Virus record (IMG/VR): IMGVR_UViG_3300044846_005100
Location: 76,224 to 140,223 of that record
Origin: a virus
Direction: 5' to 3' (one strand)
DNA: 64,000 nucleotides
Made by a program: the position numbers and the translations under genes. This document shows, piece after piece, positions 1 through 8,847 of this stretch (position 1 is the first letter of the stretch; the number at the start of each line of letters is the position of its first letter). The notes beneath the pieces are model-generated. The model was given only the letters and a program-made list of their open reading frames with translations, made no database searches and was not told the origin of the DNA.

Positions 1-34
1 GCTAATTCTCTTCTGTCCATTATTTGATAAGTTT

Positions 35-247
35 TTAGTTAATACATCCTTTTACAAATTTCTCAATAGCTTCATCCCAATCTAAATCCTCGTCTTCCCA
101 TTTGTGGTCTTCGGGATATATGAAAATAAATCTTTCTGCGATTGTGATAGCGGTATCTATTTGTTGGAAAAAACTACCATTAATTTTTTCTTCTAATAAT
201 TGGTTGTACATTATGTAACCTACCACTCTTGCTAATTCCTTATTCAT
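35..247 (-). CDS. hypothetical early protein
   Basis: 70-aa ORF in a tightly packed leftward gene string with an A-rich leader. Confidence 0.7.
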   Translation of the reverse strand: MNKELARVVGYIMYNQLLEEKINGSFFQQIDTAITIAERFIFIYPEDHKWEDEDLDWDEAIEKFVKGCIN

Positions 248-248
248 A

Positions 249-461
249 TTATTTGATATGTTTTAATGAATATAAACTCGTCCAAATATGAGCAAATCCT
301 TTCTCTACACAGAAGTTGTATAAATCTTTGTCTGACATTCCTTCAAAATCATGGTCATCAAACATAGTAGATAATTCTTCCTCACAATGTGTTCTTTCAT
401 CCTCTATATAAAAATTTACTACTGAAATTATTGAGGTACGTTCTTCTCTTCCTATGGTCAT
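249..461 (-). CDS. hypothetical early protein
   Basis: 70-aa acidic ORF abutting its neighbours. Confidence 0.7.
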   Translation of the reverse strand: MTIGREERTSIISVVNFYIEDERTHCEEELSTMFDDHDFEGMSDKDLYNFCVEKGFAHIWTSLYSLKHIK

Positions 462-465
462 AATA

Positions 466-774
466 CTATTGGTTTAAATCGTTAAAAAATATTGAATAAA
501 TGAATTCGTAGATAGCCACCATATCATCGGTTTCTAAGTCTCCTAAATCCGTTTCTGTGTCATCGGATGTACGGATAATAATCAAGTTTCTACGCATTTC
601 TATTTCTTTCACTACTTCGGGGGAATAACAATCTCCCACTACTACAATAGACACATCGTCTTCCTTACTTACTGATATGATACTATCTGTTTCAATAATT
701 TCAGAGCAATCTTTTAAAATATTTGCTCTAAGCGTTTGGATAGTTTCATTATAATCTACAAATTGTTTTTTCAT
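466..774 (-). CDS. hypothetical early protein
   Basis: 102-aa acidic ORF directly downstream of early promoter cassette 1. Confidence 0.75.
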   Translation of the reverse strand: MKKQFVDYNETIQTLRANILKDCSEIIETDSIISVSKEDDVSIVVVGDCYSPEVVKEIEMRRNLIIIRTSDDTETDLGDLETDDMVAIYEFIYSIFFNDLNQ

Positions 775-803
775 ATTCTTTTTATTTTAAATAATTAATT
801 TAC

Positions 804-893
804 TGCAAAATTACTACCTTTTGGTGTTTGGGTGTTACAACTTTTGTTGCAATTTATTTAATTTTTGTTGCATTATTTTGATAATTTTGTTGA
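804..893 (-). promoter_or_regulatory. early promoter cassette copy 1
   Basis: Minus-strand TAATTTTGCA (-7 element). Plus-strand TTTTGTTGCA boxes at 842 and 863, with a variant at 885. Confidence 0.75.
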
Positions 894-934
894 TACAAAG
901 GCTATCAAGAATAATATGCCCATAATACAAACTC

Positions 935-1513
935 CTAACCACATACCACATTTTTTATATATCTTTTTTTCATTGAAACAAATATTTCCAAAGTCTTAAA
1001 TTTAGATACTAAACAATCTTCACTAAATTGTAACTTGCTACCCATGATAGGACTATCTCCATGTCCATTTGTAACTTTTTGGCAAATCTCTTCTGCTTTT
1101 TCAGAAGTGAATTGAGTAGGCTCAATAGACATTGTGGTACAAATTTGTTTATTATTATCCACTCCTAAAGAAATACAAGTTTCTTTATAATAAACAATAG
1201 TGTTACATCGTTCCAAACAAGGATATTTTTTGATATTATCAATTATTTTCTCTAATTGACTTATACTTTTTTCAGTAAATTCAATTATGGAAGACATTTC
1301 CTTGATATTGGTAGCAAAAGGGTCTGCTATATCATGGATGATGATTCCATTTTCAGTTTGTTGGGCAAACTTATTTTGATTTTCTAATAGTGAATAATAT
1401 TCTTTTTTGTCCATTGTGTACCCTCCATTATTTGAATAGCCCATATTCTGTGGGAGTTGTCCTACATTTGTTTCTTGAATCGCATAATCTGCGTTTGTTA
1501 CTAATTTGTGCAT
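935..1513 (-). CDS. hypothetical early protein, N-terminus paralogous to 7799..7963
   Basis: 192 aa; contains GYSNNGGYTMxKxEYY...NGxIIH. Confidence 0.75.
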   Translation of the reverse strand: MHKLVTNADYAIQETNVGQLPQNMGYSNNGGYTMDKKEYYSLLENQNKFAQQTENGIIIHDIADPFATNIKEMSSIIEFTEKSISQLEKIIDNIKKYPCLERCNTIVYYKETCISLGVDNNKQICTTMSIEPTQFTSEKAEEICQKVTNGHGDSPIMGSKLQFSEDCLVSKFKTLEIFVSMKKRYIKNVVCG

Positions 1514-1532
1514 AATATATAATTTAATTTTT

Positions 1533-1949
1533 TTAATCTAAAAATAATGATGTAATATCTTCTACATGAACAATATCCTCCTTGCTAAATAGTACTTGAT
1601 AATCTCCTTCTAAATAATCCTTCACTTCAATTAATAATACTTTAAAATCATGATTGGTTAGCAAAAATTTCAACTCTTCCTTTATAATCCATTGGTAGAA
1701 ACATTCAAGGTTTTTATAAGCACAAAATCTACCTTTCATTATTTTATCATCAAATACATCTCTATTTATATATTTTCCTCCATTAATTCCTGCATCCTTA
1801 AAAGGTGCTGGTAATTCCTCATGTAATTTAAGCATATTTTCTGTTTCAGAAGTTTTCCCTAAAACATATCTATCGGAATCAATAGCTCTATTGGCTCTAA
1901 ACATTCCATATCCGTCTGTGTGTTCTACTCTAACTATTTTCTTGTTCAT
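1533..1949 (-). CDS. hypothetical phage protein (RVExxxGxG...QVxF pattern)
   Basis: 138 aa; follows promoter cassette 2. Confidence 0.75.
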   Translation of the reverse strand: MNKKIVRVEHTDGYGMFRANRAIDSDRYVLGKTSETENMLKLHEELPAPFKDAGINGGKYINRDVFDDKIMKGRFCAYKNLECFYQWIIKEELKFLLTNHDFKVLLIEVKDYLEGDYQVLFSKEDIVHVEDITSLFLD

Positions 1950-1978
1950 ATTTTATTATTATTGGTTAAAAAATATAG

Positions 1979-2046
1979 TGCAAAATTATGATGTTTTGGG
2001 ATTCTATCCTAACAATTTTGTTGCAATTAGTTTAAATTTTGTTGCA
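1979..2046 (-). promoter_or_regulatory. early promoter cassette copy 2
   Basis: TGCAAAATTA at 1979; TTTTGTTGCA at 2016 and 2037. Confidence 0.75.
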
Positions 2047-2206
2047 TTGTTTCTAACTTCGGGATTAACTCTTCAAGTAACTCTTTTTTACCTAAAAAAA
2101 ATCCATAAGATTCCGTATCTTCATAATTCATTACATCGGGTGTATTATCTATTATGTTAGAATACTCCTCTAGTCTTTCTTTTAATTCTTTTATAAGATT
2201 TTCCAT
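2027..2206 (-). CDS. small hypothetical protein, 59 aa (not in ORF track)
   Basis: Manual translation MENLIKELKERLEEYSNIIDNTPDVMNYEDTESYGFFLGKKELLEELIPKLETMQQNLN; A-rich leader. Confidence 0.65.
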   Translation of the reverse strand: MENLIKELKERLEEYSNIIDNTPDVMNYEDTESYGFFLGKKELLEELIPKLETMQQNLN

Positions 2207-2237
2207 TTTTTATGCTTTTATTGTGAAATAATTTTGA

Positions 2238-2594
2238 TTATGCTTCTTTTGAGGAATTATACCATTGTACAAATTCAACACAAGCGTTATAAACTGCTTC
2301 AATTTTAGTATTGCAATCATTTGAAAAAGCAAACCCATTCTCTATATATACATCAATAGCACAACCTTGTGGCGCAAATAATACATTTGTAAATTCATTA
2401 TAGTTTTCTATCTTCTCCACTACTTGCATAAGCCAATTCCAATCGGTGTCGTATTTTGTACAATCTAAAAATCTATCAGTATGCCATTTTTTATGATTAG
2501 GAGTATTTTCAAAACCCCAAAATCCTTCATTATTTTGGTAGCAACCCATAAACTCTGCTAATAACTTATTATTTTCTATAATTTGTGTATTCAT
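2238..2594 (-). CDS. hypothetical protein (LLAEFMG...KYDxDWN family)
   Basis: 118 aa; paralogous to the C-terminal half of 2850..3419. Confidence 0.8.
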   Translation of the reverse strand: MNTQIIENNKLLAEFMGCYQNNEGFWGFENTPNHKKWHTDRFLDCTKYDTDWNWLMQVVEKIENYNEFTNVLFAPQGCAIDVYIENGFAFSNDCNTKIEAVYNACVEFVQWYNSSKEA

Positions 2595-2595
2595 T

Positions 2596-2841
2596 TTAAC
2601 AATAATTTAGTATAAAATTTATTAATTTTTCATCAACTCCTTTAGCCTCCAATTCTCTATAAACATGGTCAGCATCTAAGCATTCACTTATCCACTTGTT
2701 ACCATTTATATCTAAAAAGCCTATAACATATCCACTATTCATTTCTCCTTCAACTTCGGGAGTTTTCCAAAAGCCTGCCATTGAAATTTGTTCGTTTGGG
2801 GTGCTTATCGACACACATTTCTTAAAATCTATTTCTTGCAT
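2596..2841 (-). CDS. hypothetical early protein
   Basis: 81 aa, packed in operon. Confidence 0.7.
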   Translation of the reverse strand: MQEIDFKKCVSISTPNEQISMAGFWKTPEVEGEMNSGYVIGFLDINGNKWISECLDADHVYRELEAKGVDEKLINFILNYC

Positions 2842-2849
2842 AATTTTAG

Positions 2850-3419
2850 TTATTTATTTTGATTATAATGTTCAACAAAAGAAACACAACCATTGAAAAC
2901 TCCTTCGATATTCAAATCCGCCAATGAATAATAAATTTTTTCATAATCTTCCCCCATAAATTCACTTAATGAATAACATTTTTTTACCACTTCTACAAGC
3001 AAATTCCAATCCGAATCGTATTTTAAATATCTTGCAATATTCTCAATTATCTTTTCTTTTTCTATTTCTCGTGTGAAATAATAAGGGCTATCACTCCATG
3101 AATAATGCCCTCCATGATATGAAAGATTATCAAATACTCCCATAAATTCTGCCAACAATTGTTTTTTTGCTACTATGTCCGTAATGGAAACTATTTCTTT
3201 TAACTCAATTTGAGATAAATCCATATCTATTGTAAATCCTAAGGTAACATCACAACTATTAAAAACATGATTTGCTTTTTCAAGATTATAAGTAATCTCT
3301 TTTTTTGCCATTTCTAAAGCCTCTTCTCTACTATCTGTATATACTACTCCATTATCGAAAGAAGTCCATATTGTGCTTGTAGTTAAGCTATATTCCCATT
3401 TTTTGTTTGATTGATTCAT
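2850..3419 (-). CDS. two-domain hypothetical protein, C-half paralogous to 2238..2594
   Basis: Contains LLAEFMG, KYDSDWNLL, EGVFNGCVSFVEHYN. Confidence 0.8.
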   Translation of the reverse strand: MNQSNKKWEYSLTTSTIWTSFDNGVVYTDSREEALEMAKKEITYNLEKANHVFNSCDVTLGFTIDMDLSQIELKEIVSITDIVAKKQLLAEFMGVFDNLSYHGGHYSWSDSPYYFTREIEKEKIIENIARYLKYDSDWNLLVEVVKKCYSLSEFMGEDYEKIYYSLADLNIEGVFNGCVSFVEHYNQNK

Positions 3420-3430
3420 TTTTTTAATTT

Positions 3431-3766
3431 TTAATAAGTTAAACTATCTAAATAAGTGCTTGGAAATTCCCACGTTATATCCTCATAAACTCGTTCTACA
3501 AATTCATTGATAAATTTATCATCTATTGTAGGCATAACTCCGTCATAGGATTCTAATAGATATTCCTTTGCTTCTTCTTTGTTAAGCCAATTAGTAACAA
3601 CTTCTTTTATTCTATTCCTACTATAAACATCGTCTATATCCTCTGCATTTTCGGGAATATAACAAGGTGCATCGGGGTTATTTTTGAAATTTTCATCGTT
3701 ATAATACCCTCCCTCCGCATTGGATTCTAAGCCGTATTTTTCTATTATTGTATTTAAATTTTCCAT
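3431..3766 (-). CDS. hypothetical phage protein (CYIPE...WEFPST)
   Basis: 111 aa, operon context. Confidence 0.75.
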   Translation of the reverse strand: MENLNTIIEKYGLESNAEGGYYNDENFKNNPDAPCYIPENAEDIDDVYSRNRIKEVVTNWLNKEEAKEYLLESYDGVMPTIDDKFINEFVERVYEDITWEFPSTYLDSLTY

Positions 3767-4032
3767 TTTATATTTAAAATTGATAAAGATTTTAAAAAAT
3801 TAATAACTTTTTCTTTTTCTTCTTGTGTAGCCTTCGGGAACATACCATAGTCAGAAGTAAAAAAGCTACTACCTACAAATCCTAAATTGTTTTCTTCCAT
3901 TTCAAAAGATATATCTTGTATCTCGTAACAATCAATTGGCTCATCTCCCCAAAATAACTTATTTTCAGCATCCGCCATAGTTACTATATGAATATTTCCA
4001 TTAATGTTTAAAAATTCTATAATTTGCTCCAT
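3754..4032 (-). CDS. hypothetical early protein
   Basis: 92 aa, overlaps the next gene start. Confidence 0.7.
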   Translation of the reverse strand: MEQIIEFLNINGNIHIVTMADAENKLFWGDEPIDCYEIQDISFEMEENNLGFVGSSFFTSDYGMFPKATQEEKEKVINFLKSLSILNIKWKI

Positions 4033-4034
4033 AC

Positions 4035-4301
4035 TTATTTGTTTAAATGATTATTACCTAATAAAATTATATCTGTCTCTATTATATCTTCTTTGGTATT
4101 AAACTCTTGAAATCTTAAATCAAAATTAAGATTATTATCTACTAATAATTTTATATATTGATTCATTTCTTCAATTTGCCAAATTTCAAAAAATTCATCG
4201 GGTTTTACTCCTGCAATTCCATTTGTTTTATCGCACCAAATAGTATAATAAAATGTATTTTTATCTTTTACTGATTCTAATAAGTTTTTTAAATTTTCCA
4301 T
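4035..4301 (-). CDS. hypothetical early protein
   Basis: 88 aa, first gene after promoter cassette 3. Confidence 0.7.
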   Translation of the reverse strand: MENLKNLLESVKDKNTFYYTIWCDKTNGIAGVKPDEFFEIWQIEEMNQYIKLLVDNNLNFDLRFQEFNTKEDIIETDIILLGNNHLNK

Positions 4302-4334
4302 TTTTTATGATTTTTACTTGTTAAATAATTTTAC

Positions 4335-4403
4335 TGCAAAGTTACTGCGGATTCTATTCTCAATGTTAGCAATTTTGTTGCAATTTTATTAATTTTTGTT
4401 GCA
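4335..4403 (-). promoter_or_regulatory. early promoter cassette copy 3
   Basis: TGCAAAGTTA at 4335; TTTTGTTGCA at 4373 and 4394. Confidence 0.75.
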
Positions 4404-4411
4404 ACTTTATT

Positions 4412-4729
4412 TTAATTATTTTTTATTGTGTTTGGTTTAGGCTCTGCCATACTATCCTTTGAGGCACTACCTCCTTCGGGAACAACAAAGTCTTTTTTAT
4501 CACTATTATAATAATACTTTTCTGCTTCCTCTATCTCGTGTACATAGGCTAATTTCAAATCTATCTCTCCGTTTTCTATGCACATGAGTCTAATTAGTTT
4601 ATCGGGTGCATAGTCTTCGGGTATTACCTCCACTCCCATGATAGGAAAAATTATTTTGGTGCTTTCAGGTACATATACCATTGGCGTACCTGCCTTGCAA
4701 CACTTAATTAATTCTTTTATAGTCTTCAT
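4412..4729 (-). CDS. hypothetical early protein
   Basis: 105 aa. Confidence 0.7.
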   Translation of the reverse strand: MKTIKELIKCCKAGTPMVYVPESTKIIFPIMGVEVIPEDYAPDKLIRLMCIENGEIDLKLAYVHEIEEAEKYYYNSDKKDFVVPEGGSASKDSMAEPKPNTIKNN

Positions 4730-4732
4730 ATT

Positions 4733-5413
4733 CTATTGATTTTCTACTTTTTTATAGATACTCTCTCCGTTGCTAAACGTTGCTAAACGTCCGTACTCTT
4801 CACTTGATTCTTTAAAGGCTTTTTCTACCATTTCAATTGCTTCTGCCTTTGTTTTTTCTACCCATTTAACTATGTTTTTAGCTTGCATAGCTTTTAAGCC
4901 TGCGTTCATTTCTGTAGTATATAAAAACTCCTCTTCCACTCTGTCCTCGTCTATTTCATAGCCGTTTATCATAACATCATATTCCCAATCCAATGTAGCA
5001 CCCTCGTAATAACCTGCCACGAGTTGCATTGTTATTTCAAAGGTACATTCTATATCCCCGAAATTTTTACTTTTTTGCATTTCAAAGAAATTTGTACAAG
5101 GATAATTTCTATCCATATCGCATTTATTTACGCAATAGCCATACCATTTTTTATACAAAGGATTTTCTTTTAATTTCTCGATAGTACAATCTTTTTGATG
5201 TTCTATATCATCTAAATCTATCTCTTCGGTTTCTACTCCCTCTGAAAGCATATTGTGTCCACAACTTTGGCACTCGTTTAATGTATCTAAATCATATTCC
5301 CAATCTCTATGTATTTCCTCACAATCTTGACAAACTTTTGTTTGAATCTCTTGGTTTGTAAGTACTACAAAGTAGTTGCTTGCGTTTGTTTTTGCGAAAT
5401 TACTTGCACCCAT
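4733..5413 (-). CDS. hypothetical protein with CxxC...CxxC zinc ribbon
   Basis: 226 aa; CQDC and CQSC motifs, GYYEGATLD, FSNGESIY. Confidence 0.8.
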   Translation of the reverse strand: MGASNFAKTNASNYFVVLTNQEIQTKVCQDCEEIHRDWEYDLDTLNECQSCGHNMLSEGVETEEIDLDDIEHQKDCTIEKLKENPLYKKWYGYCVNKCDMDRNYPCTNFFEMQKSKNFGDIECTFEITMQLVAGYYEGATLDWEYDVMINGYEIDEDRVEEEFLYTTEMNAGLKAMQAKNIVKWVEKTKAEAIEMVEKAFKESSEEYGRLATFSNGESIYKKVENQ

Positions 5414-5419
5414 ATTTTT

Positions 5420-5668
5420 TTATTTTTTAGTGTTATTTAATGTTTTTCTGAAATAATATTGTTCAATGTATCTCAAAGTATCTATAGCTTTAGATGATAT
5501 TCTATCTTTGCCTATTTCAAACCCTATACTTTTAAGATAGGCTTTCTTTGTTTCTATACTATGAATATCTAAAAGATTTTGACTATTTAGCCAATTAAAA
5601 TAATGTGTATTTTCAATTGGAATACTTGTATCTATATCTTTAATTTTGAATAACGTATTTTTAGCCAT
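5420..5668 (-). CDS. hypothetical early protein
   Basis: 82 aa. Confidence 0.65.
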   Translation of the reverse strand: MAKNTLFKIKDIDTSIPIENTHYFNWLNSQNLLDIHSIETKKAYLKSIGFEIGKDRISSKAIDTLRYIEQYYFRKTLNNTKK

Positions 5669-5747
5669 TTTAAGCGTGTTTATTTTTGTTTTGAATAAGA
5701 ACGCCCACTCAAGGACGTTCTGTTTAAATTTGCTATATTAGAGTAGC

Positions 5748-6158
5748 TTAATTGATAGTAGGTAGATAGTTTAAAAAATAATCTTCATCAAACCATTGCA
5801 TAGTACCTTTATAATTATCATTGTATATTAATACTCCATTTGATTCAATTGATTCATAGTGTACCAATACGGCTATGGACTCTTGAAACGTGTCCTTACA
5901 AAGTATTTTTGTAGTGTCAAACAATATAGTGGCTAATTCCTCTACAAAAAAGTCTACATAAATTTTAACCACAATTGTAGGTTCTATTTGTAGCACTCCA
6001 TTGGATTCATATTTACCTTCTCGCAATTGGCACAATATTTCAGTATTGTTTGCTTTTAAGCCTCCATACAATTCAATGATTCTGTCTTTTGTTTTTTCAA
6101 AATCTAATTTGCCTAACGTTCCAATATTCATACCAACGTTTAATTCTATTTTACGCAT
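5748..6158 (-). CDS. putative S-adenosylmethionine lyase (T3 SAMase-like), anti-restriction
   Basis: Start reassigned to ATG 6158 (MRKIELNVG, 136 aa). Motifs GKY, EPTIVV, CKDTFQESIAV and GVLIY parallel T3 SAMase GCY, EKTVRV, CNEWEQDCVLV and GLVY. First gene after promoter cassette 4. Confidence 0.65.
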   Translation of the reverse strand: MRKIELNVGMNIGTLGKLDFEKTKDRIIELYGGLKANNTEILCQLREGKYESNGVLQIEPTIVVKIYVDFFVEELATILFDTTKILCKDTFQESIAVLVHYESIESNGVLIYNDNYKGTMQWFDEDYFLNYLPTIN

Positions 6159-6191
6159 GTTTTTTTCTTTTTTAATGATTAATAAATATGA

Positions 6192-6259
6192 TGCAAAATT
6201 ACTACCTTTGTGTATTGTGTCCAACAAGTTTTGTTGCAAAAAACACAACTTTTGTTGCA
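6192..6259 (-). promoter_or_regulatory. early promoter cassette copy 4
   Basis: TGCAAAATTA at 6192; TTTTGTTGCA at 6229 and 6250. Confidence 0.75.
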
Positions 6260-6263
6260 ATTC

Positions 6264-6494
6264 TTAATAAGTTTTATTTTTATATAGGCTTGAAATTCTT
6301 TGGTTACGCACCCTTGTATTTGTCTTTCTTACTGAAATTCTTATCATTTCAATAAAAGATACTACCAAAAATAAACATCCATAAGATACAATAAAGATAT
6401 AAATATCAAAGTGCAATATATCTAAAATCATTGCGTATGTACTTGATATTATTGTTATTGTGCTAATAGCCAGCACTAAAATTGTTTTTTTCAT
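6264..6494 (-). CDS. small membrane protein
   Basis: 76 aa with two hydrophobic segments and a basic tail. Confidence 0.6.
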   Translation of the reverse strand: MKKTILVLAISTITIISSTYAMILDILHFDIYIFIVSYGCLFLVVSFIEMIRISVRKTNTRVRNQRISSLYKNKTY

Positions 6495-6754
6495 TTTACT
6501 TTAATTTAATTTTTTTTATTAATACACGTTTCACATTGGAGGCATAAACCTAATTTATGTTTTTCTACAAAAAATACATTTTTACACGTATTATTTATGC
6601 AAAGTATTGGATATTTTTTCATTTTACTTTAATTTAATTTTGTTAAGTTTTTCTAAAATTAATACTATAAAAACTATAAATATATACACTAAACAAGGTA
6701 TAGTTGCTATTTTTAAGTCTGTGAACAAAAGTTCTTTTAATTCTACTATCATTT

Positions 6755-6994
6755 TTAATCTATTATTTCATTACCAAACGTGTCTAAATTTTTACCCTCA
6801 AGTATATATATCATTGCTTCAAGGCTTTCATCCCCCCCGAATCCTTCTTCTTTTTCATGTACCTGCTTATATCTTATCTCTATAGCTTTTTTAGCTTGTT
6901 GTTTTGATAGGTATGCACCTAAAAGTAAGCCCACCCCGAAACATATAATAAACATCCCGAATAAATTGTAATAGTTTAAACTTGTCTTTTTCAT
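6755..6994 (-). CDS. small membrane-anchored protein
   Basis: 79 aa with an N-terminal TM segment and the conserved leader. Confidence 0.7.
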   Translation of the reverse strand: MKKTSLNYYNLFGMFIICFGVGLLLGAYLSKQQAKKAIEIRYKQVHEKEEGFGGDESLEAMIYILEGKNLDTFGNEIID

Positions 6995-7024
6995 TTTGAT
7001 TATATTTTAAGTTGTTATTTAATA

Positions 7025-7273
7025 TTAATTTTCTACTATTTCATTTTCAAAAATAGATTGATACTTTTTTGGTAGTTTTTTATACTTTGTAATTTTGTGT
7101 CCACTACTCCATGAATTTATGAACGTCTCAAGGATAACAAACGAATTATTTAAGCCACTTAGCACCCAATGCCCCGAACCCAAAACTCCCTCGTTAAATT
7201 GGTGCGCTATGCCCCCTTTATCAATATAATCATTGATTAATTTGTCCGCAGTTTGATAATTGTATAATTTCAT
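7025..7273 (-). CDS. hypothetical phage protein (EGVLGxG...NSWSS)
   Basis: 82 aa with the conserved leader. Confidence 0.75.
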   Translation of the reverse strand: MKLYNYQTADKLINDYIDKGGIAHQFNEGVLGSGHWVLSGLNNSFVILETFINSWSSGHKITKYKKLPKKYQSIFENEIVEN

Positions 7274-7310
7274 ATCTTTATAATTTTAAGTTGTTATTAT
7301 TTTAAATTTT

Positions 7311-7718
7311 TTATATTGTACTTTTTGAATAATTATTTACCAATTCTTTTATCTGATTTTCACTATATTTTTTGCAAACATACTCCAATGCTTCTGAAAT
7401 ACTTGTAGCGTTTGGTACTTTTATAGTGGCTTTTGTTTTTAAATGTAGTGTATTTAATTCGGGTGCATATTTATGTACCTCCAATCCAATTACTTTATTT
7501 TCAATCAAAGATAGTTTTTTCAATTCAAACGCTAAATTTACCACCTCTATAGTGAAATTAAATTTTTGAATATTTTCGGACGTTAAAGCCTCTAATTTGT
7601 CTATATTTTGAGTATAATAGTCAATCCTTAGCTTTTTAGCTTTTAACCCGAATTTGCCCTTACAATTCACTTTGTATATGCAATTTTTTACTAATTCTAA
7701 TTTGTGTAATTTATTCAT
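7311..7718 (-). CDS. hypothetical early protein
   Basis: Start reassigned to ATG 7718 (MNKLHK); the upstream GTG lies inside a hairpin. Confidence 0.65.
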   Translation of the reverse strand: MNKLHKLELVKNCIYKVNCKGKFGLKAKKLRIDYYTQNIDKLEALTSENIQKFNFTIEVVNLAFELKKLSLIENKVIGLEVHKYAPELNTLHLKTKATIKVPNATSISEALEYVCKKYSENQIKELVNNYSKSTI

Positions 7719-7737
7719 ATTTTTTATTTTTACTACT

Positions 7738-7757
7738 TGCACCCCGAAAGGTGCAAC
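7738..7757 (-). other. stable intergenic hairpin with UUCG loop
   Basis: Minus strand TTGCACCT-TTCG-GGGTGCAA; no U-tract follows. Confidence 0.55.
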
Positions 7758-7798
7758 GCTTTTGGCTTAAAGTCTATTTATAGTTGCCAAAACAACTT

Positions 7799-7963
7799 TT
7801 AGTGTATTATAACTCCATTCGGAGTACGTTCGATTTTTTTGCCTATAGATTCTAAATATCTATAGTATTCGGCTTTATTCATAGTATATCCACCATTATT
7901 TGAATATCCTACACTACTTGGAACGTTTGACACTTGTGTTTCTTTTTTTTGATTTTGTACCAT
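7799..7963 (-). CDS. 54-aa stand-alone paralog of the 935..1513 N-terminus (not in ORF track)
   Basis: Manual translation MVQNQKKETQVSNVPSSVGYSNNGGYTMNKAEYYRYLESIGKKIERTPNGVIIH. Confidence 0.75.
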   Translation of the reverse strand: MVQNQKKETQVSNVPSSVGYSNNGGYTMNKAEYYRYLESIGKKIERTPNGVIIH

Positions 7964-7996
7964 TTTGATTATAATTTAAATTTATGAATAATTTGT

Positions 7997-8305
7997 TTAA
8001 TTTGATTGAATTTTGCCATTTTTTACATCTATAATACCTTTAGGTATTTCCCCCCCTCTAAACATTACTTTTTGCCACATTGGATAAAAGCACCCCGAAA
8101 AATATCTTACCGCAAAACAAGTACTATCAATTGCAATTAGTTTGTAATAGTTAGCCGAAACTCCAATTTCATTATCCATGAATTTTGTAGTATTTGAGAA
8201 ACCGTTGCCAAACCCCCTGCTATTATCTACAAGTCCATTTTTTTCTAATTGTAGCCAATTTGCTTTTGTTAAATCGTAAAAAACTAAATTTTTGTTATCT
8301 ATCAT
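7997..8305 (-). CDS. hypothetical early protein
   Basis: 102 aa with the conserved leader. Confidence 0.75.
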   Translation of the reverse strand: MIDNKNLVFYDLTKANWLQLEKNGLVDNSRGFGNGFSNTTKFMDNEIGVSANYYKLIAIDSTCFAVRYFSGCFYPMWQKVMFRGGEIPKGIIDVKNGKIQSN

Positions 8306-8316
8306 TTTAATATAAT

Positions 8317-8484
8317 TTAATTTTGTGAATTTTGTTTTAATTCCTTAATAATAGTTTTAATACCACCTTGTAAATATCCTATAGTATAGGCATGAGACAC
8401 TTTTTTTTCAGTAAATTGTGTTTCACTATCTTGTAAAAGACTTTCCAAAGTTTTTAAAATTGCATTTTTTTGTTGATTTTTCAT
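8317..8484 (-). CDS. small hypothetical protein, 55 aa (not in ORF track)
   Basis: Manual translation MKNQQKNAILKTLESLLQDSETQFTEKKVSHAYTIGYLQGGIKTIIKELKQNSQN; conserved leader. Confidence 0.65.
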   Translation of the reverse strand: MKNQQKNAILKTLESLLQDSETQFTEKKVSHAYTIGYLQGGIKTIIKELKQNSQN

Positions 8485-8511
8485 TTTGATTATATTTTAA
8501 TTTGTGAATAA

Positions 8512-8847
8512 TTAGTTTAATGTTATTAAAAAGTGTCTATCAAATTTATACCCTAATTCCTTAGCTATGTTATTGCACGCCTTTAGCCAAAGGCTTGTAT
8601 ATAGCACCATTTTTGGACTTGTAGGATATTGTGTACCTAAATACCACAATATAGTATCTTTATTATCTATTTGACTTTGCAAACATTTGTATTTGTGCAT
8701 AGATTCGCTTAACTCGCTTTTTGCCTCGTTTAACGTTTCACAATCTTTGAAAATAACATCCCAAACACTTTGTTCTAAATTATCATTGCTTTTAATAGCA
8801 CCGCTTTTAATCATTGCAAATTTTGCTTTTTTACTTAATTTTTTCAT
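8512..8847 (-). CDS. first early protein
   Basis: Start reassigned to ATG 8847 (MKKLSKK) with an A-rich leader. Confidence 0.65.
   Translation of the reverse strand: MKKLSKKAKFAMIKSGAIKSNDNLEQSVWDVIFKDCETLNEAKSELSESMHKYKCLQSQIDNKDTILWYLGTQYPTSPKMVLYTSLWLKACNNIAKELGYKFDRHFLITLN

Noticed and set aside
6159-6260. N-terminal extension of ORF 5748..6260
   Set aside because: It is the promoter cassette; ATG 6158 has the proper leader
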